Translations under genes and position numbers: made by a program
Notes under the pieces: model-generated
The model's input: only the letters and a program-made list of their open reading frames with translations
The model's database searches: none
What the model was told of the DNA's origin: nothing
Shown here: positions 38,319 to 52,070 of the stretch, piece after piece
Layout of the letters: every line of letters starts with the position of its first letter
Position numbering within the stretch: position 1 is the first letter of the stretch
NCBI GenBank assembly: GCA_964585925.1
Contig: CAZPFS010000005.1
Coordinates: 4,808 to 68,807, forward strand
Direction of reading: 5' to 3'
Source: an uncultured Syntrophomonadaceae bacterium
Lineage (GTDB): Bacteria > Bacillota > Dethiobacteria > DTU022
DNA length: 64,000 nt

Positions 38319-39590
38319 ATGAATCATAGGCTGGTTGCCGATCAAATCGGAAAAACCAATCTTTGCCGGATCGATCCGGAAATAGCTGAAATAATTGAGG
38401 CGGAGTTTGAACGCCAGCAAAATCATCTGGAATTGATCGCTTCGGAAAATATCGCCAGCCAGGCGGTGTTGGAGGCCCAAGGTTCGGTTTTGACCAATAA
38501 ATATGCCGAAGGATACCCCGGCGCACGTTATTACGGGGGCTGTGCCGAGGTAGACCGGGCAGAAGAACTGGCCATCAGCCGGGCCAAAAAACTGTTTGGA
38601 GCGGAACATGTCAACGTTCAGCCTCATGCGGGGGCGCCGGCAAACCTGGCTGTATATTTGGCCATGCTCAAGCCCGGTGATAAAATTCTGGGAATGGATC
38701 TGGCTCACGGGGGTCATCTTACCCACGGCAGCCGCGCCAATCTTTCTGGCCGATATTTTAAGGCCTTCGGCTACGGAGTGGATCCGGTCACGGAACAAAT
38801 AGATATGGAAGAAGTGCGCCGTCTGGCACAGGAGATCCGGCCCAGGCTGATCATCGCCGGAGCAAGCTCGTACCCCCGGAAGATCGATTTTGCCGCCTTT
38901 TCAGATATCGCCCGGGACTGTGAGGCCCTGTTGATGGCGGATATGGCACACATTGCGGGTCTGGTAGCGACGGGTCTTCATCCCAACCCGGTTCCCTATG
39001 CCGATTTCGTGACCACCACCACCCACAAGACCCTGCGCGGTCCTCGGGGAGGGATGATCCTCTGCCGCCAGGAATTTGCCCGCCAGATTGATAAAGCTGT
39101 ATTTCCCGGGCTGCAGGGCGGTCCCCTAATGCATGTGATCGCTGCCAAGGCGGTAGCCCTGAAGGAGGCGCTGGAACCTTCTTTCGGGGTTTATCAGCAA
39201 AAGGTAGTGGAAAACGCCGCCGTACTGGCGGATTCGCTGAGAGAACGCGGATTCAGGCTGGTCACCGGCGGCACGGATAACCACCTGGTGCTGATCGATC
39301 TTCGCGCCCAGGGAATATCCGGGTTGGAGGCGGAGCAGGTGCTGGATCGGGTAGGTATCACCGCCAATAAAAACGGCATCCCCTTTGATCCGGAGGGACC
39401 AAACATAACCAGCGGTCTGCGACTGGGCACCCCGGCCATAACTTCACGGGGGATGGGTACGGATCAGATGCGAAAAATTGCCATGTTTATTCAGGAATCT
39501 CTTTGCCACCGGGAAAACCCGGGCCGGCTGAACCAGATCAAAGAACAGGTGATCAGCCTATGCCGGCAGTATCCCCTGCCGCACGGTTAA
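38319..39590 (+). CDS. glyA: Serine hydroxymethyltransferase
   Basis: PLP-lysine region [13 protein letters not shown]; about 423 aa. Confidence 0.9.
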   Translation: MNHRLVADQIGKTNLCRIDPEIAEIIEAEFERQQNHLELIASENIASQAVLEAQGSVLTNKYAEGYPGARYYGGCAEVDRAEELAISRAKKLFGAEHVNVQPHAGAPANLAVYLAMLKPGDKILGMDLAHGGHLTHGSRANLSGRYFKAFGYGVDPVTEQIDMEEVRRLAQEIRPRLIIAGASSYPRKIDFAAFSDIARDCEALLMADMAHIAGLVATGLHPNPVPYADFVTTTTHKTLRGPRGGMILCRQEFARQIDKAVFPGLQGGPLMHVIAAKAVALKEALEPSFGVYQQKVVENAAVLADSLRERGFRLVTGGTDNHLVLIDLRAQGISGLEAEQVLDRVGITANKNGIPFDPEGPNITSGLRLGTPAITSRGMGTDQMRKIAMFIQESLCHRENPGRLNQIKEQVISLCRQYPLPHG

Positions 39591-39636
39591 CACTGAAGCG
39601 CAGTGATCAATGATCAATAAAGCGGAGGAACAAAGA

Positions 39637-40080
39637 ATGGACAGGCCATCATGGGATTCCTATTTTATGGACATTGCCAGAGTGGTTGCTTCCCGCTCCA
39701 CCTGCCTGCGCCGGCAGGTGGGGGCGGTTATGGTAAAAGAGCGAAGGCTGCTGACCACTGGCTATAATGGCAGCCCCAGGGGACTGAAACATTGCCGGGA
39801 ACTGGGATGTCTGCGGGAAGAACTCCAGGTCCCGCCGGGAGAGAGGCACGAACTCTGCCGGGGGCTGCATGCCGAGCAAAACGCCATTATTCAGGGTGCA
39901 ATCTACGGGGTCTCCATCAGGGGGGCCACCCTTTATTGCACCCATTTCCCCTGCAGCCTGTGTGCCAAGATGCTGATTAATTCCGGAATCTGTCATCTGG
40001 TGGTATCATCGGATTATCCCGATCCATTGTCCAAACAGCTGCTGGAAGAGGCAAAGGTGCTGATTACGCATTGCGACTGA
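39637..40080 (+). CDS. Cytidine/deoxycytidylate deaminase family (dCMP deaminase/ComEB-like)
   Basis: Zinc motifs HAEQNAI and [10 protein letters not shown]. Confidence 0.75.
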   Translation: MDRPSWDSYFMDIARVVASRSTCLRRQVGAVMVKERRLLTTGYNGSPRGLKHCRELGCLREELQVPPGERHELCRGLHAEQNAIIQGAIYGVSIRGATLYCTHFPCSLCAKMLINSGICHLVVSSDYPDPLSKQLLEEAKVLITHCD

Positions 40081-40191
40081 TGGGAAACGATGCCAGGTTG
40101 TTAGGGTTGTCAACCGGCAGTTAAAATAGTATTCTTAGGATGACCCGGAGATAGTCAAAAGATCGCATCATCAGGAAAGGTGGTGAATTAT

Positions 40192-40504
40192 TTGACCTTG
40201 CAATTTGTGCAATCTATCAGGGAAGCAGAAGAAAAAGCCGAATCTCTAATCCGGGAGGCCACCTTACAGGCTCGCCAGATCCGCAAACAGGCCGAAACCA
40301 AATCGATCCAATTGGCAGAGCAGTTTCGGGCCGAGACAACAGTCCAAATCCGGGAAATATTGGAACGGTCGAAACAGGAGGCCCATGAAAAGGCGAAGCC
40401 TTTGGTGAAAGCCCAGCAACAGGAGGTTGCCAGGCTGAAAATAAAAGCAGAAAATAGAGTACCCGAGGCAGTGGCTTTCATCAAGGAAAGGATTGTGAAA
40501 CTTC

Positions 40505-40518
<14 letters not shown>
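40192..40518 (+). CDS. V/A-type ATPase peripheral stalk subunit G/H
   Basis: About 110-aa all-helical charged protein at the head of the V-ATPase operon; start codon uncertain (GTG 40180, TTG 40192 or TTG 40198). Confidence 0.6.
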
Positions 40519-42927
<2,409 letters not shown>

Positions 42928-42942
42928 GGGGTGTATAAATTG

Positions 42943-43551
42943 ATGAACCGGGGAGCAGATCGGATTGTCCAGCGTATTTTGGCCGATGCAAGGTCCCGGG
43001 CGGAAGCCCTGGTGGCGGAGGCGAAAGAACAGGCAACCCGGGTAATTGACGGGGCGGAAAAAAGGGCAATCGATCAACAGAAGCAGGATCTAAAACAGGC
43101 AGAGTTGCAGGCGGCGGAAGAAAGCCGGTGTATCCTGGGGTCCGTTCAACTGGAAGCACGGAAAAACATGCTGCAAGCCAAGCAGGATATCATTGAGGCT
43201 GTTTTCAACCGGGCCCTGAACGATTTTTCGAATCTGGATCCCGAAAGCTACTTCCAGCTTCTGGGCAGGTTAATCGTGGCGGCGTCGGAAAAAGGCGATG
43301 AATTGGTGATTTTATCGCCCCGGGATAAAGAAAGGGTTCCCGCGGGTTTTATGGAAGGGATAAACAAGCAGCTGCTAAGTACCGGCCATAAAGGGGACCT
43401 GGCTGTGGCGGAACAAACCCGCGATTTTTCCGGGGGGGCAATTCTTCAGGCCGGCGGTGTGGAAATAAACAGTTCTTTTGCTGCTTTGCTGGAGATGTAC
43501 CGGGAAGAGTTGGAGCCTGCTGTGGCAGCCTTGTTGTTTGAAAGGGAGTAG
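42943..43551 (+). CDS. V/A-type ATPase subunit E
   Basis: About 200 aa, with an N-terminal long charged helix; operon position. Confidence 0.7.
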   Translation: MNRGADRIVQRILADARSRAEALVAEAKEQATRVIDGAEKRAIDQQKQDLKQAELQAAEESRCILGSVQLEARKNMLQAKQDIIEAVFNRALNDFSNLDPESYFQLLGRLIVAASEKGDELVILSPRDKERVPAGFMEGINKQLLSTGHKGDLAVAEQTRDFSGGAILQAGGVEINSSFAALLEMYREELEPAVAALLFERE

Positions 43552-43593
43552 GCTTTTATTTTCCATTGTTCTAGTAAAAGGGAGCGGAATTTG

Positions 43594-44601
43594 ATGGCTG
43601 TCAGCAAAACGAAATATGCTTACGCGGTAGGACGGGTCAGGGTTCTGGAAACCAGGCTTTTGGACAAGAGCAAATTCGATCGCATGCTGGAAGCCGGTGC
43701 CGCGGAAGAAGTCCTAAAGGTGCTTGCGGAAACCGGTTACAGCAGCTATTTGGCAGATATTGACGGCGCACTTGATTTTGAGATGATCCTTAGAAAAGAA
43801 ATAACCCGGATACATGATGAGTTTAAAAAAATGAGCCCGCAGCCCGAGTTGGTGGCGCTAATGGCGATCAACTTTGATCTGCACAATCTCAAGGTGCTGT
43901 TTAAAAGCAAATATCTGGGTGTGGAGAATACGGACATTCTGTTTCCCGCGGGAATGATAGCTCTCGATCAGTTAAAAAATGCGGTGGAGGAAGAAAATTT
44001 CTGGGGGCTTCCCGCACCGGTGCGGCTGGCCGGGGAAAAAATTCTGGAAGAATCTGTGGTTTCCCGGGATCCCCAGTTGATAGATCTCTATCTGGATGGT
44101 GCTTTTTATGATCTGAAACTGGCTGTTGCTCGTAAAAACCGCTCCTCCTTTTTGGAGGGGTTGTTCCAGAGGCAGATAGATTTGCTCAACATCAACACCT
44201 TTCTGCGGGTAAAAAAGATGGGCAGAACGGACGATTTTTTGAAAAAGGCCCTGCTTTCGGGGGGGTTGATTGATGTCTCATTCTTTCCGGGCCTTCTGGA
44301 TGAGGGGCTGGAATCTTTAATCAGCGGGCTGTCCGCCACTTGCTATTCAGCGATTGCCGAGGAGGGGATTCGGGAATGGCAGGAGACGGGAACCGCCACC
44401 CGCCTGGAGAAGCTGGCCGATGATTTTATTACGGATTACCTGGAAGGAGAAAAATCCTCGCCCTTTGGCCCCGAGCCGCTGATCGGTTACCTTTGGGCCA
44501 AACAGATCGAGATTAAAAATATTCGCTTGATCATGGTAGGGAAAATCAACGGTCTGCCAGTAGAAGCGATCAGGGAGAGATTGCGCAATGTCTACCTATA
44601 A
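43594..44601 (+). CDS. V/A-type ATPase subunit C (d-type)
   Basis: About 335-aa helical protein; KYAYAVGRVRVLETRLL N-terminus is typical of subunit C. Confidence 0.75.
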   Translation: MAVSKTKYAYAVGRVRVLETRLLDKSKFDRMLEAGAAEEVLKVLAETGYSSYLADIDGALDFEMILRKEITRIHDEFKKMSPQPELVALMAINFDLHNLKVLFKSKYLGVENTDILFPAGMIALDQLKNAVEEENFWGLPAPVRLAGEKILEESVVSRDPQLIDLYLDGAFYDLKLAVARKNRSSFLEGLFQRQIDLLNINTFLRVKKMGRTDDFLKKALLSGGLIDVSFFPGLLDEGLESLISGLSATCYSAIAEEGIREWQETGTATRLEKLADDFITDYLEGEKSSPFGPEPLIGYLWAKQIEIKNIRLIMVGKINGLPVEAIRERLRNVYL

Positions 44602-44917
44602 GATAGCCGTGATCGGCGACAAAGACTCGATCCTGGGGTTTAAAACCCTGGGCATAGATACTTTTCCGGTGGGGGCCGCCGGGGAGGCGCTATCGGTTTT
44701 GAGAAAACTGTCCGGTCAGAGCTACGGGGTGATTTTCATCACCGAGGAATTGGCCGGGCAACTGAAAGATCCCCTGGAGGAGCTGAACAAGCGTTTCCTG
44801 CCGGCGGTAGTCCTGATCCCCAACAGCCAGGGGACCTTGGGGATTGGGATGCAAAATATAAAAGAAAAAGTGGAGAAAGCGATTGGCGCTGATATCCTTT
44901 TCAGGAAAGAAGGGTGA
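44588..44917 (+). CDS. V/A-type ATPase subunit F
   Basis: About 109 aa; [24 protein letters not shown] is typical of subunit F. Confidence 0.75.
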   Translation: MSTYKIAVIGDKDSILGFKTLGIDTFPVGAAGEALSVLRKLSGQSYGVIFITEELAGQLKDPLEELNKRFLPAVVLIPNSQGTLGIGMQNIKEKVEKAIGADILFRKEG

Positions 44918-44921
44918 GACT

Positions 44922-46706
44922 TTGGAGACAGGAAAAATAATCAAAGTTTCGGGCCCTCTGGTAGTGGCCGAGAATATGACCGGCGCCCGGATGTATGATC
45001 TGGTCAGGGTGAGCGAATCCCGGCTGATGGGAGAGATCATCGAACTGCAGGGCGACCGGGCTTCCATTCAGGTCTATGAGGAAACCGGTGGGTTGGGGCC
45101 GGGGGAACCGGTCTATAACACCGGAACGCCACTCAGTGTGGAGCTGGGCCCGGGGCTGATCGAAGGAATATTTGACGGCGTACAGCGACCTTTGAACATT
45201 ATGCAGCAGAAGGTCGGCGACTATATCACCCGGGGGGTGGAGGTGCCCTCTCTGGATCGAGAGCGCAAGTGGAAATTTGAGCCCAAAGTCCGAGCCGGGG
45301 ACCTGGTCCAGGCCGGTGACGTTCTAGGCGCGGTTCAGGAATCCACATTGGTGGAGCACCGGATCATGCTCCCTCCCACCATTCCCTCCGGGAAGATCGT
45401 GGAGATATTTAGCGGGGAATTCACGGTGACCGAGGTCATCTGCCGGGTGGAAGTGGGTCCGGAGACGCTGGAGCTGACCATGCTCCAGAGATGGCCCATT
45501 CGCCAGGGGCGGCCTTACCGGAAAAAACTGGGGCCCCATGTACCCATGATTACCGGCCAGCGGATCATCGACGCCTTATTTCCCATCGCCAAGGGGGGAA
45601 CCGCCTGTATCCCCGGCCCCTTCGGCAGTGGAAAGACCGTCACCCAGCACCAGCTGGCCAAGTGGGCCGACGCCGAGATTGTGGTCTATATCGGCTGCGG
45701 GGAGCGGGGCAATGAGATGACCGATGTCTTGAAAGAGTTCCCGGAGCTGGAGGACCCCAAGACCGGCCAGCCATTGATGAAAAGAACGGTCTTGATTGCC
45801 AATACTTCCAACATGCCGGTGGCGGCCCGGGAGGCTTCCATCTATACCGGGATCACTATCGCCGAATATTTCAGGGATATGGGCTACAGCGTGGCCCTGA
45901 TGGCTGATTCCACCTCTCGCTGGGCGGAAGCCCTGCGGGAGATGTCCGGGCGGCTGGAAGAGATGCCCGGCGAGGAAGGTTATCCGGCTTATCTGGGCAC
46001 CCGCATGGCCGACTTTTATGAGAGAGCCGGACGGACGATCTGCCTGGGCAGCGATTCGCGGGAAGCGGCGCTGACGGTGGTGGGGGCGGTTTCTCCTCCC
46101 GGGGGAGACCTTTCCGAGCCCGTATCCCAGGCCACGCTCCGGGTGGTCAAAGTTTTCTGGGGACTTGATGCGGCCCTGGCCTACCGACGCCACTTTCCGG
46201 CCATCAACTGGCTGTTGAGCTATTCCCTCTACCTGGAGAACGTCACCCCCTATTTCAATGAGCTGCTGGGGGAAAAGTGGTCCGCGTTGCGCATCGAGGC
46301 CATGAGGCTGCTTCAGGAGGAGGCGGAACTGGAGGAGATCGTGCGCCTGGTGGGGATTGACGCTCTGTCGCCCCGCGAGAGGCTGATCCTGGAGACCTCC
46401 AAGTCTATCCGGGAAGATTTTTTACACCAGAACGCCATGCACGAGGTGGACACCTACACCTCGGTTCAGAAGCAACTGCTGATGCTGGATCTGATTCTGC
46501 ACTACTACCGGGAAGCGCTGAGACTGGTGGAGAAAGACGATATCGGACTGGATCTGGAAAAGCTGTTCTCCCTGCCGGTGCGCGATAGAATTGCCCGGGC
46601 CAAGTATGTCCCCGAGGCGGAACTGGCTGAGCTGGAATCAATCCACGCGGAGATCAGGGAACAGGTATCACACTTGAGCGGCGAGGGGGAGGATGAAGAT
46701 GCTTAA
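44922..46706 (+). CDS. V/A-type ATPase catalytic subunit A
   Basis: Walker A GPFGSGKT and the non-homologous insert region; about 590 aa; TTG start after the subunit F stop. Confidence 0.9.
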   Translation: METGKIIKVSGPLVVAENMTGARMYDLVRVSESRLMGEIIELQGDRASIQVYEETGGLGPGEPVYNTGTPLSVELGPGLIEGIFDGVQRPLNIMQQKVGDYITRGVEVPSLDRERKWKFEPKVRAGDLVQAGDVLGAVQESTLVEHRIMLPPTIPSGKIVEIFSGEFTVTEVICRVEVGPETLELTMLQRWPIRQGRPYRKKLGPHVPMITGQRIIDALFPIAKGGTACIPGPFGSGKTVTQHQLAKWADAEIVVYIGCGERGNEMTDVLKEFPELEDPKTGQPLMKRTVLIANTSNMPVAAREASIYTGITIAEYFRDMGYSVALMADSTSRWAEALREMSGRLEEMPGEEGYPAYLGTRMADFYERAGRTICLGSDSREAALTVVGAVSPPGGDLSEPVSQATLRVVKVFWGLDAALAYRRHFPAINWLLSYSLYLENVTPYFNELLGEKWSALRIEAMRLLQEEAELEEIVRLVGIDALSPRERLILETSKSIREDFLHQNAMHEVDTYTSVQKQLLMLDLILHYYREALRLVEKDDIGLDLEKLFSLPVRDRIARAKYVPEAELAELESIHAEIREQVSHLSGEGEDEDA

Positions 46707-48081
46707 GGAATACAAAACCATTATGGGGGTCGCCGGCCCCCTGATGCTGGTGGAGCAGGTGGAAGGGATCAAGTACGAGGAGCTGGCTGAAATTCAAATG
46801 CCCGGCGGCGAGATCCGGCGGGGCCAGGTGCTGGAGGTAAACGGCGACAGGGCCCTGGTCCAGATTTTCGAAGGATCCACCGGACTGGATCTGACCGGCA
46901 CCCGGGTGCGTTTCCTGGGCAAAGGAATCGAATTGCCGGTCTCCCTTGATATGCTGGGGCGGGTTTTCAGCGGCTTCGGAATCCCTCGCGACAACGGCCC
47001 CCGGATAATCCCGGAGAAGAGGCTCGATATCAACGGCTTTCCGATCAACCCCTACGCCCGGGACTATCCCTCCGAATTTATTCAGACCGGAATTTCGGCC
47101 ATCGACGGCATGAACACCATGGTCCGGGGGCAGAAACTGCCCATCTTCTCCGCCTCGGGGCTCCCTCACTCCCGTCTGGCGGCACAGATTGCCCGCCAGG
47201 CCAAAGTGCTGGGCACGGAGAGCAAATTTGCGGTGGTCTTTGCGGCCATGGGGATCACCTTTGAAGAAGCCGATTATTTTATCAACGACTTTGAACGCAC
47301 CGGGGCGCTGGAGAGGGCTATTTTATTTATTAACCTGGCCGACGACCCGGCCATTGAAAGAATTGCCACCCCCCGGATGGCCCTCACCGCCGCCGAGTAC
47401 CTGGCTTTTGATCAGGACATGCATGTGCTGGTCATTTTGACCGACATGACCAACTATTCGGAGGCGCTGCGGGAAATCTCCGCTGCCCGGAAAGAAGTTC
47501 CCGGACGCCGGGGTTACCCCGGCTACCTCTACACCGACCTGGCCTCCATCTATGAGCGAGCCGGCCGGATCCAGGGGCGGGAGGGTTCGATCACCCAGCT
47601 GCCCATTTTAACCATGCCGGAGGATGATAAAACCCACCCCATCCCGGACCTGACGGGATATATCACCGAGGGGCAGATCATCTTGAGCCGGGAACTGCAC
47701 CGCAAGGGGATCTACCCGCCGATCGACGTGCTGCCCTCCCTCTCTCGGCTGAAAGACAAGGGGATCGGCGCCGGCAAGACCCGGGAAGATCACAGCGATA
47801 CGATGAACCAGCTTTATGCCGCCTATGCCCGGGGCAAGGAGGCTAAAGAACTGGCGGCCATATTGGGGGAGGCCGCGCTGACTGAGATCGACATGCAATT
47901 TTCCCGCTTTGCCGATCAGTTTGAAGGAACCTATGTTCAGCAAGGAGAGGCCGAGGATCGCAAGATCGCGGAGACTCTGGAAAAGGGATGGGGGCTTCTG
48001 GCCAGATTGCCGCGGGCAGAGCTGAAACGGATCAGGGATGAATATCTGGATAAGTATCTGGCGAAAGTAGAAGGAGAATAG
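46699..48081 (+). CDS. V/A-type ATPase subunit B
   Basis: Non-catalytic alpha/beta-family fold, [16 protein letters not shown]-terminus; about 460 aa. Confidence 0.9.
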   Translation: MLKEYKTIMGVAGPLMLVEQVEGIKYEELAEIQMPGGEIRRGQVLEVNGDRALVQIFEGSTGLDLTGTRVRFLGKGIELPVSLDMLGRVFSGFGIPRDNGPRIIPEKRLDINGFPINPYARDYPSEFIQTGISAIDGMNTMVRGQKLPIFSASGLPHSRLAAQIARQAKVLGTESKFAVVFAAMGITFEEADYFINDFERTGALERAILFINLADDPAIERIATPRMALTAAEYLAFDQDMHVLVILTDMTNYSEALREISAARKEVPGRRGYPGYLYTDLASIYERAGRIQGREGSITQLPILTMPEDDKTHPIPDLTGYITEGQIILSRELHRKGIYPPIDVLPSLSRLKDKGIGAGKTREDHSDTMNQLYAAYARGKEAKELAAILGEAALTEIDMQFSRFADQFEGTYVQQGEAEDRKIAETLEKGWGLLARLPRAELKRIRDEYLDKYLAKVEGE

Positions 48082-48085
48082 CACC

Positions 48086-48724
48086 ATGGAAATTCGGGTC
48101 AATCCTACCCGGATGGAGCTCAACCGCCTCAAGAAAAGGCTGACCATGGCCAAACGCGGCCACAAGCTCTTGAAAGACAAGCGGGACGAGCTGATCCGGC
48201 AATTTATAATTTTGATCAGGAAGAATAAGGAGCTGCGGGAGGAGGCTGAAAGAGCACTCACGGGAGCCTTTGCCCGGTTTCTGCTGGCCCGGGCGGTGAT
48301 GCCCATTGAATCACTGGAAAGCGCCCTGATGTGGCCTACCCGAAAGCTTTCCCTGGAGGTAACCCGTAAGAATATCATGAGCGTCTATGCCCCCGAGTTT
48401 TCCTTTGAGGAGACGGCGGCTACAGAGGAAGAAGGCATTTTCCCCTACGGATTTGCCGATACCTCCGCTGAACTGGATACTTCTATTGAGACTTTGTCTC
48501 GGGTAATCTCCCCGCTGATGGAGCTGGCGGAAGTGGAAAAGGCCACTCAACTGCTGGCGGTGGAAATAGAGAAAACCCGCCGGCGGGTAAATGCGCTGGA
48601 ATATGTGCTGATCCCCCAAATGGAGGAGACCACCCGCTACATTACCATGAAGCTGGAGGAGAATGAACGGGGAGCGCTGACCCGCCTGATGAAAATCAAG
48701 GATGTGGTTCGGGCCACCCGCTAG
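48086..48724 (+). CDS. V/A-type ATPase subunit D (central stalk)
   Basis: About 212-aa coiled-coil protein (RMELNRLKKRL...); last gene of the operon. Confidence 0.85.
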   Translation: MEIRVNPTRMELNRLKKRLTMAKRGHKLLKDKRDELIRQFIILIRKNKELREEAERALTGAFARFLLARAVMPIESLESALMWPTRKLSLEVTRKNIMSVYAPEFSFEETAATEEEGIFPYGFADTSAELDTSIETLSRVISPLMELAEVEKATQLLAVEIEKTRRRVNALEYVLIPQMEETTRYITMKLEENERGALTRLMKIKDVVRATR

Positions 48725-48789
48725 GCCACACAAGGAGCCGGGGAGGCCTGGCTCCGGGGTACTCACAAATCAACCGGACTGTGTTTTTT

Positions 48790-48837
48790 TGCAGGGGTCA
48801 GGCAGGTATGTCTGGCCCCTGCGTTTTTCTGTTTTTT
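48790..48837 (+). terminator. Rho-independent terminator after the V-ATPase operon
   Basis: gcagggg...cccctgc stem followed by gtttttctgttttttt. Confidence 0.55.
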
Positions 48838-48961
48838 TATGTACATGATTTATACCATTTTGCGGCAGAACCCCATAAAACATCTCCTGATGCCCTTTGC
48901 CGGAAGGATAAATTTTCCTCCCTGGGGCCATAATAGTTTCCAGTAGGAGAGAGGGGTAATA

Positions 48962-49594
48962 ATGTTGCGCTTCAAAGCCTGGTTGTTCCTGGCGGGTCTA
49001 TTGCTGTTTCAAACAGGTTCACCGGTGGATAACACTCCCTGGAGCCAACTCGAGACCGGTTTAAACAGGCTGGGATCCGGGGAAATAATGTACCAGTGTT
49101 ATTGTTTTTCCGTGGGCAATAAACCAGATGCCGGCTGTCTGTGCCGGTGGTCAGAACAGGGCCGGTCCCGGGGAACTCAGCCCAGGTTCCTGAAAATGGC
49201 CTCAGGAAAGCCCCTGCCCGGGGAACAGGAAATCTGGATATTGAATCTTAACGGAAACGATCACCGGGCGTGTTGGAAAACCTTACAACAGTTCCCGCCC
49301 AAACTTACCGGAAAGCATGTGGCCTGGATGGCGGAGGCATCGGTGGATGGTGAAATTGCCGATATGCCTCGCCTGGCGGAAAAACTGCTGACTGAGCTGA
49401 TGGGTAAACCCTGCAGTGTTTATCGGGATGAATTTACAATCAATATGATTGCCTATGCTCCTCAATTTAAACCCGAATTGATTATGGAAGGGGTTCCGGT
49501 GAACCTGAACCTGGAGCTGCGTTATAACCGGAACCTGGGGAAGATCAGGATCCGGGTGGGAGTGCCCTTGCTGATAAGTGATTTGGAGGCATAA
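48962..49594 (+). CDS. Putative secreted protein, possibly YwmB family (DUF1779)
   Basis: Signal peptide; located directly upstream of murA as ywmB is in B. subtilis; no strong motif recognised. Confidence 0.35.
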   Translation: MLRFKAWLFLAGLLLFQTGSPVDNTPWSQLETGLNRLGSGEIMYQCYCFSVGNKPDAGCLCRWSEQGRSRGTQPRFLKMASGKPLPGEQEIWILNLNGNDHRACWKTLQQFPPKLTGKHVAWMAEASVDGEIADMPRLAEKLLTELMGKPCSVYRDEFTINMIAYAPQFKPELIMEGVPVNLNLELRYNRNLGKIRIRVGVPLLISDLEA

Positions 49595-49634
49595 ACTACC
49601 GGCACGAGGGGATTGTTCGGAGGAAGGAACGCAT

Positions 49635-50921
49635 ATGGGAAAAATCCTTATTCGGGGCGGGATCCCCCTGAGGGGAACGGTCAGGGTAAAGGGTTCTAAA
49701 AATGCCTGTCTGCCCATAATGGCGGCGACCCTGTTAACCGGTGAGCCGGTAACCATAAACGATGTTCCGGAATTAAGGGATGTACGGGTGATGGCGTCGG
49801 TTCTGGAAGGCTTGGGGGGGCAGATCAGCTACAACCCGGTTCTGGAGAAAGCCGATATCCGGGTGAGCCAGGTGAACAGCTGGGAACCTTCGGTTACTGC
49901 CATGAGACAGATGAGGGCCTCATTTTTGGTGTTGGGCCCCCTGCTGGCGCGATGCCGCCGGGCGCGAATATCTTTGCCCGGAGGATGTGAAATAGGTATT
50001 CGCCCGGTAGACTTGCATCTCAAAGGGCTGTCTGCCCTGGGAGTTCATTTCAGCACGAACAAAGGGGTAATTGAAGCAGTCACCGGCGGTCTGAAAGGAA
50101 CCGGTATTTACCTTGATTATCCCAGCGTGGGGGCTACCGAAAATATTGTCATGGCCGCCACCCTAGCCCGGGGGATAACGGTAATTGAAAATGCGGCCAC
50201 CGAGCCGGAAGTGGTGGATCTGGCTAATTTCCTGAACAGCGCCGGGGCCCGCGTCAGTGGGGCCGGCACCAGTTCCATCAGGATAGAGGGTGTTGCTGAA
50301 CTGGGGGGTACTGAATATACGGTGATCCCCGATCGAATTGAAGCCGGGACACTTCTTCTGGCAGGGGTGATAACTCGGGGAGAAATTATCCTGCAAAATA
50401 TTCTACCGGAGCACCTTAAGCCCTTGCTGGCCAAGCTGGCAGAAACAGGGGCCGAGGTGGAGGAAATTGAGCCGGGGCTGGTCAGGGCCTGCTGCCGCGG
50501 CCTGACCAGGGCCGTAGATTTGAAAACTATGCCCTACCCCGGGTTCCCCACCGATCTTCAACCTCAGTTCATGGCATTGCTTGCCTTGTCCCAGGGCAAT
50601 AGTCTGGTCACAGAAACGGTATTTGAAAATCGGTTCAAGCATGTGCCGGAGTTGCAGCGGATGGGAGCAAAGATCACGATCAGTGGACATCGGGCCATGA
50701 TTCAGGGACAACGGCGCCTCACCGGCGCGCTGGTTAAGGCTTCGGATCTACGGGCTGCCGCCGCCCTGGTGTTGGCGGGTTTGGCGGCAGAGGGAACCAC
50801 CGAGATATCGGAAGCAGCACACCTGTGGAGGGGATACAGCCGGTTGGAGGAGCGGTTGAGGCAGTTGGGGGCAAACATCAAAACAGAAAACCATATTGCC
50901 TTCCACAGCGCATTTGGGTAA
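49635..50921 (+). CDS. murA: UDP-N-acetylglucosamine 1-carboxyvinyltransferase (second copy)
   Basis: VKGSKNACLPIMAA...PGGCEIGIRPVDLH...FPTDLQ; 428 aa; paralogue of 19876..21162. Confidence 0.9.
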   Translation: MGKILIRGGIPLRGTVRVKGSKNACLPIMAATLLTGEPVTINDVPELRDVRVMASVLEGLGGQISYNPVLEKADIRVSQVNSWEPSVTAMRQMRASFLVLGPLLARCRRARISLPGGCEIGIRPVDLHLKGLSALGVHFSTNKGVIEAVTGGLKGTGIYLDYPSVGATENIVMAATLARGITVIENAATEPEVVDLANFLNSAGARVSGAGTSSIRIEGVAELGGTEYTVIPDRIEAGTLLLAGVITRGEIILQNILPEHLKPLLAKLAETGAEVEEIEPGLVRACCRGLTRAVDLKTMPYPGFPTDLQPQFMALLALSQGNSLVTETVFENRFKHVPELQRMGAKITISGHRAMIQGQRRLTGALVKASDLRAAAALVLAGLAAEGTTEISEAAHLWRGYSRLEERLRQLGANIKTENHIAFHSAFG

Positions 50922-51013
50922 TGATTTTCTTGTTTCATTCGGTCTCCACAGCCAGGTATAACAGGAGGACAGGTTACATATTAATTTGATAGATCAGCTT
51001 GCCGGAGGTTTCA

Positions 51014-52018
51014 ATGCGGCGTGTAATTTCTTTGACCTTGCTGGCCATTATCCTGCTTATAATAATTTTACCGGCAGCGGTGGTTGGCATACCCCGAAAT
51101 TGCCGGTCAAAATTGCCGGAACATGGAAAGGAAAATTCCTCCGGGTGGACTTCAAACCGGGGGACAACAATCAGGTTGTACCGGCCCGATCAGAAAAAGG
51201 TAGTGGAGATTGATCTGGAAGAATACCTGATCGGGGTGGTGGCGGCAGAAATGCCGGCCACCTTTGAAATGGAGGCGCTGAAGGCCCAGGCGGTGGCTTC
51301 GCGAACCTATACCCTGCGGCGGTGCCGCCTTTGGGGTGGATGCGGCTGTGACCGATCTCCGGAGCCGGCTGATGTGTGCAGCGACAGCACCCACTGCCAA
51401 GCCTGGCTCGATCCAAACAACCTGGAATGCCTGGGGTGGTCTGATGATCAAAAAGAAGAGTTGTTAGACCGAATTAAGACCGCTGTTTTGGAAACCGCCG
51501 GCCAGGTAGCGATGTACGATGGAGAGCTGATTGAAGCGGTATATCACTCTACCTGCGGCGGGCTTACCGAATCCTCTCGGGCGCTGTGGGGGGGCGATGA
51601 TATACCTTATCTGCAAAATGTGATCTGTCCCTACTGTGAACATTCCCCTTATTATCGCACGCAGATCCTAATTTCCCACCAGGTGCTGGCAAATACCCTG
51701 CCGGGCAACCTGGTCCTGCCCGTAACCGGGGAGCTGCCGGTAGTAGTAACATCGCAGACTACCGGGAAGAGGGTGGCCGAGTTGAAAATAGGTGATCATA
51801 ATTTGGGGGGAAGCGATCTGAGGAAACTGTTTCAGCTTCCCTCCTTGGCCTGTTCCTTTCAGGCGGACAGCCGGGGAGTTCTGGTGTCTTGTCAAGGCAA
51901 AGGGCACGGAGTCGGGCTTTGCCAGTACGGAGCCGATGGTGCCGCCTCCCAGGGTAAAACCTACCGTGAAATTATCTCATTTTATTACAATGGTGCAGAA
52001 ATCATGAATATTGATTAA
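51014..52018 (+). CDS. spoIID: Stage II sporulation protein D (SpoIID/LytB domain)
   Basis: N-terminal TM and SpoIID signature AVYHSTCGGLTE; RBS GGAGG 5 nt upstream. Confidence 0.85.
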   Translation: MRRVISLTLLAIILLIIILPAAVVGIPRNCRSKLPEHGKENSSGWTSNRGTTIRLYRPDQKKVVEIDLEEYLIGVVAAEMPATFEMEALKAQAVASRTYTLRRCRLWGGCGCDRSPEPADVCSDSTHCQAWLDPNNLECLGWSDDQKEELLDRIKTAVLETAGQVAMYDGELIEAVYHSTCGGLTESSRALWGGDDIPYLQNVICPYCEHSPYYRTQILISHQVLANTLPGNLVLPVTGELPVVVTSQTTGKRVAELKIGDHNLGGSDLRKLFQLPSLACSFQADSRGVLVSCQGKGHGVGLCQYGADGAASQGKTYREIISFYYNGAEIMNID

Positions 52019-52070
52019 TCATCGCATAAAGATCCCTGAAAATGGATATGGTACCCCCGAGGTGATTACT

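Noticed and set aside
45576-46193. 205-aa minus-strand ORF, together with other long antisense ORFs (for example 41159..41728 and 47608..48378) inside V-ATPase genes
   Set aside because: They are antisense to strongly supported conserved coding sequence in GC-rich DNA. They are typical shadow ORFs.
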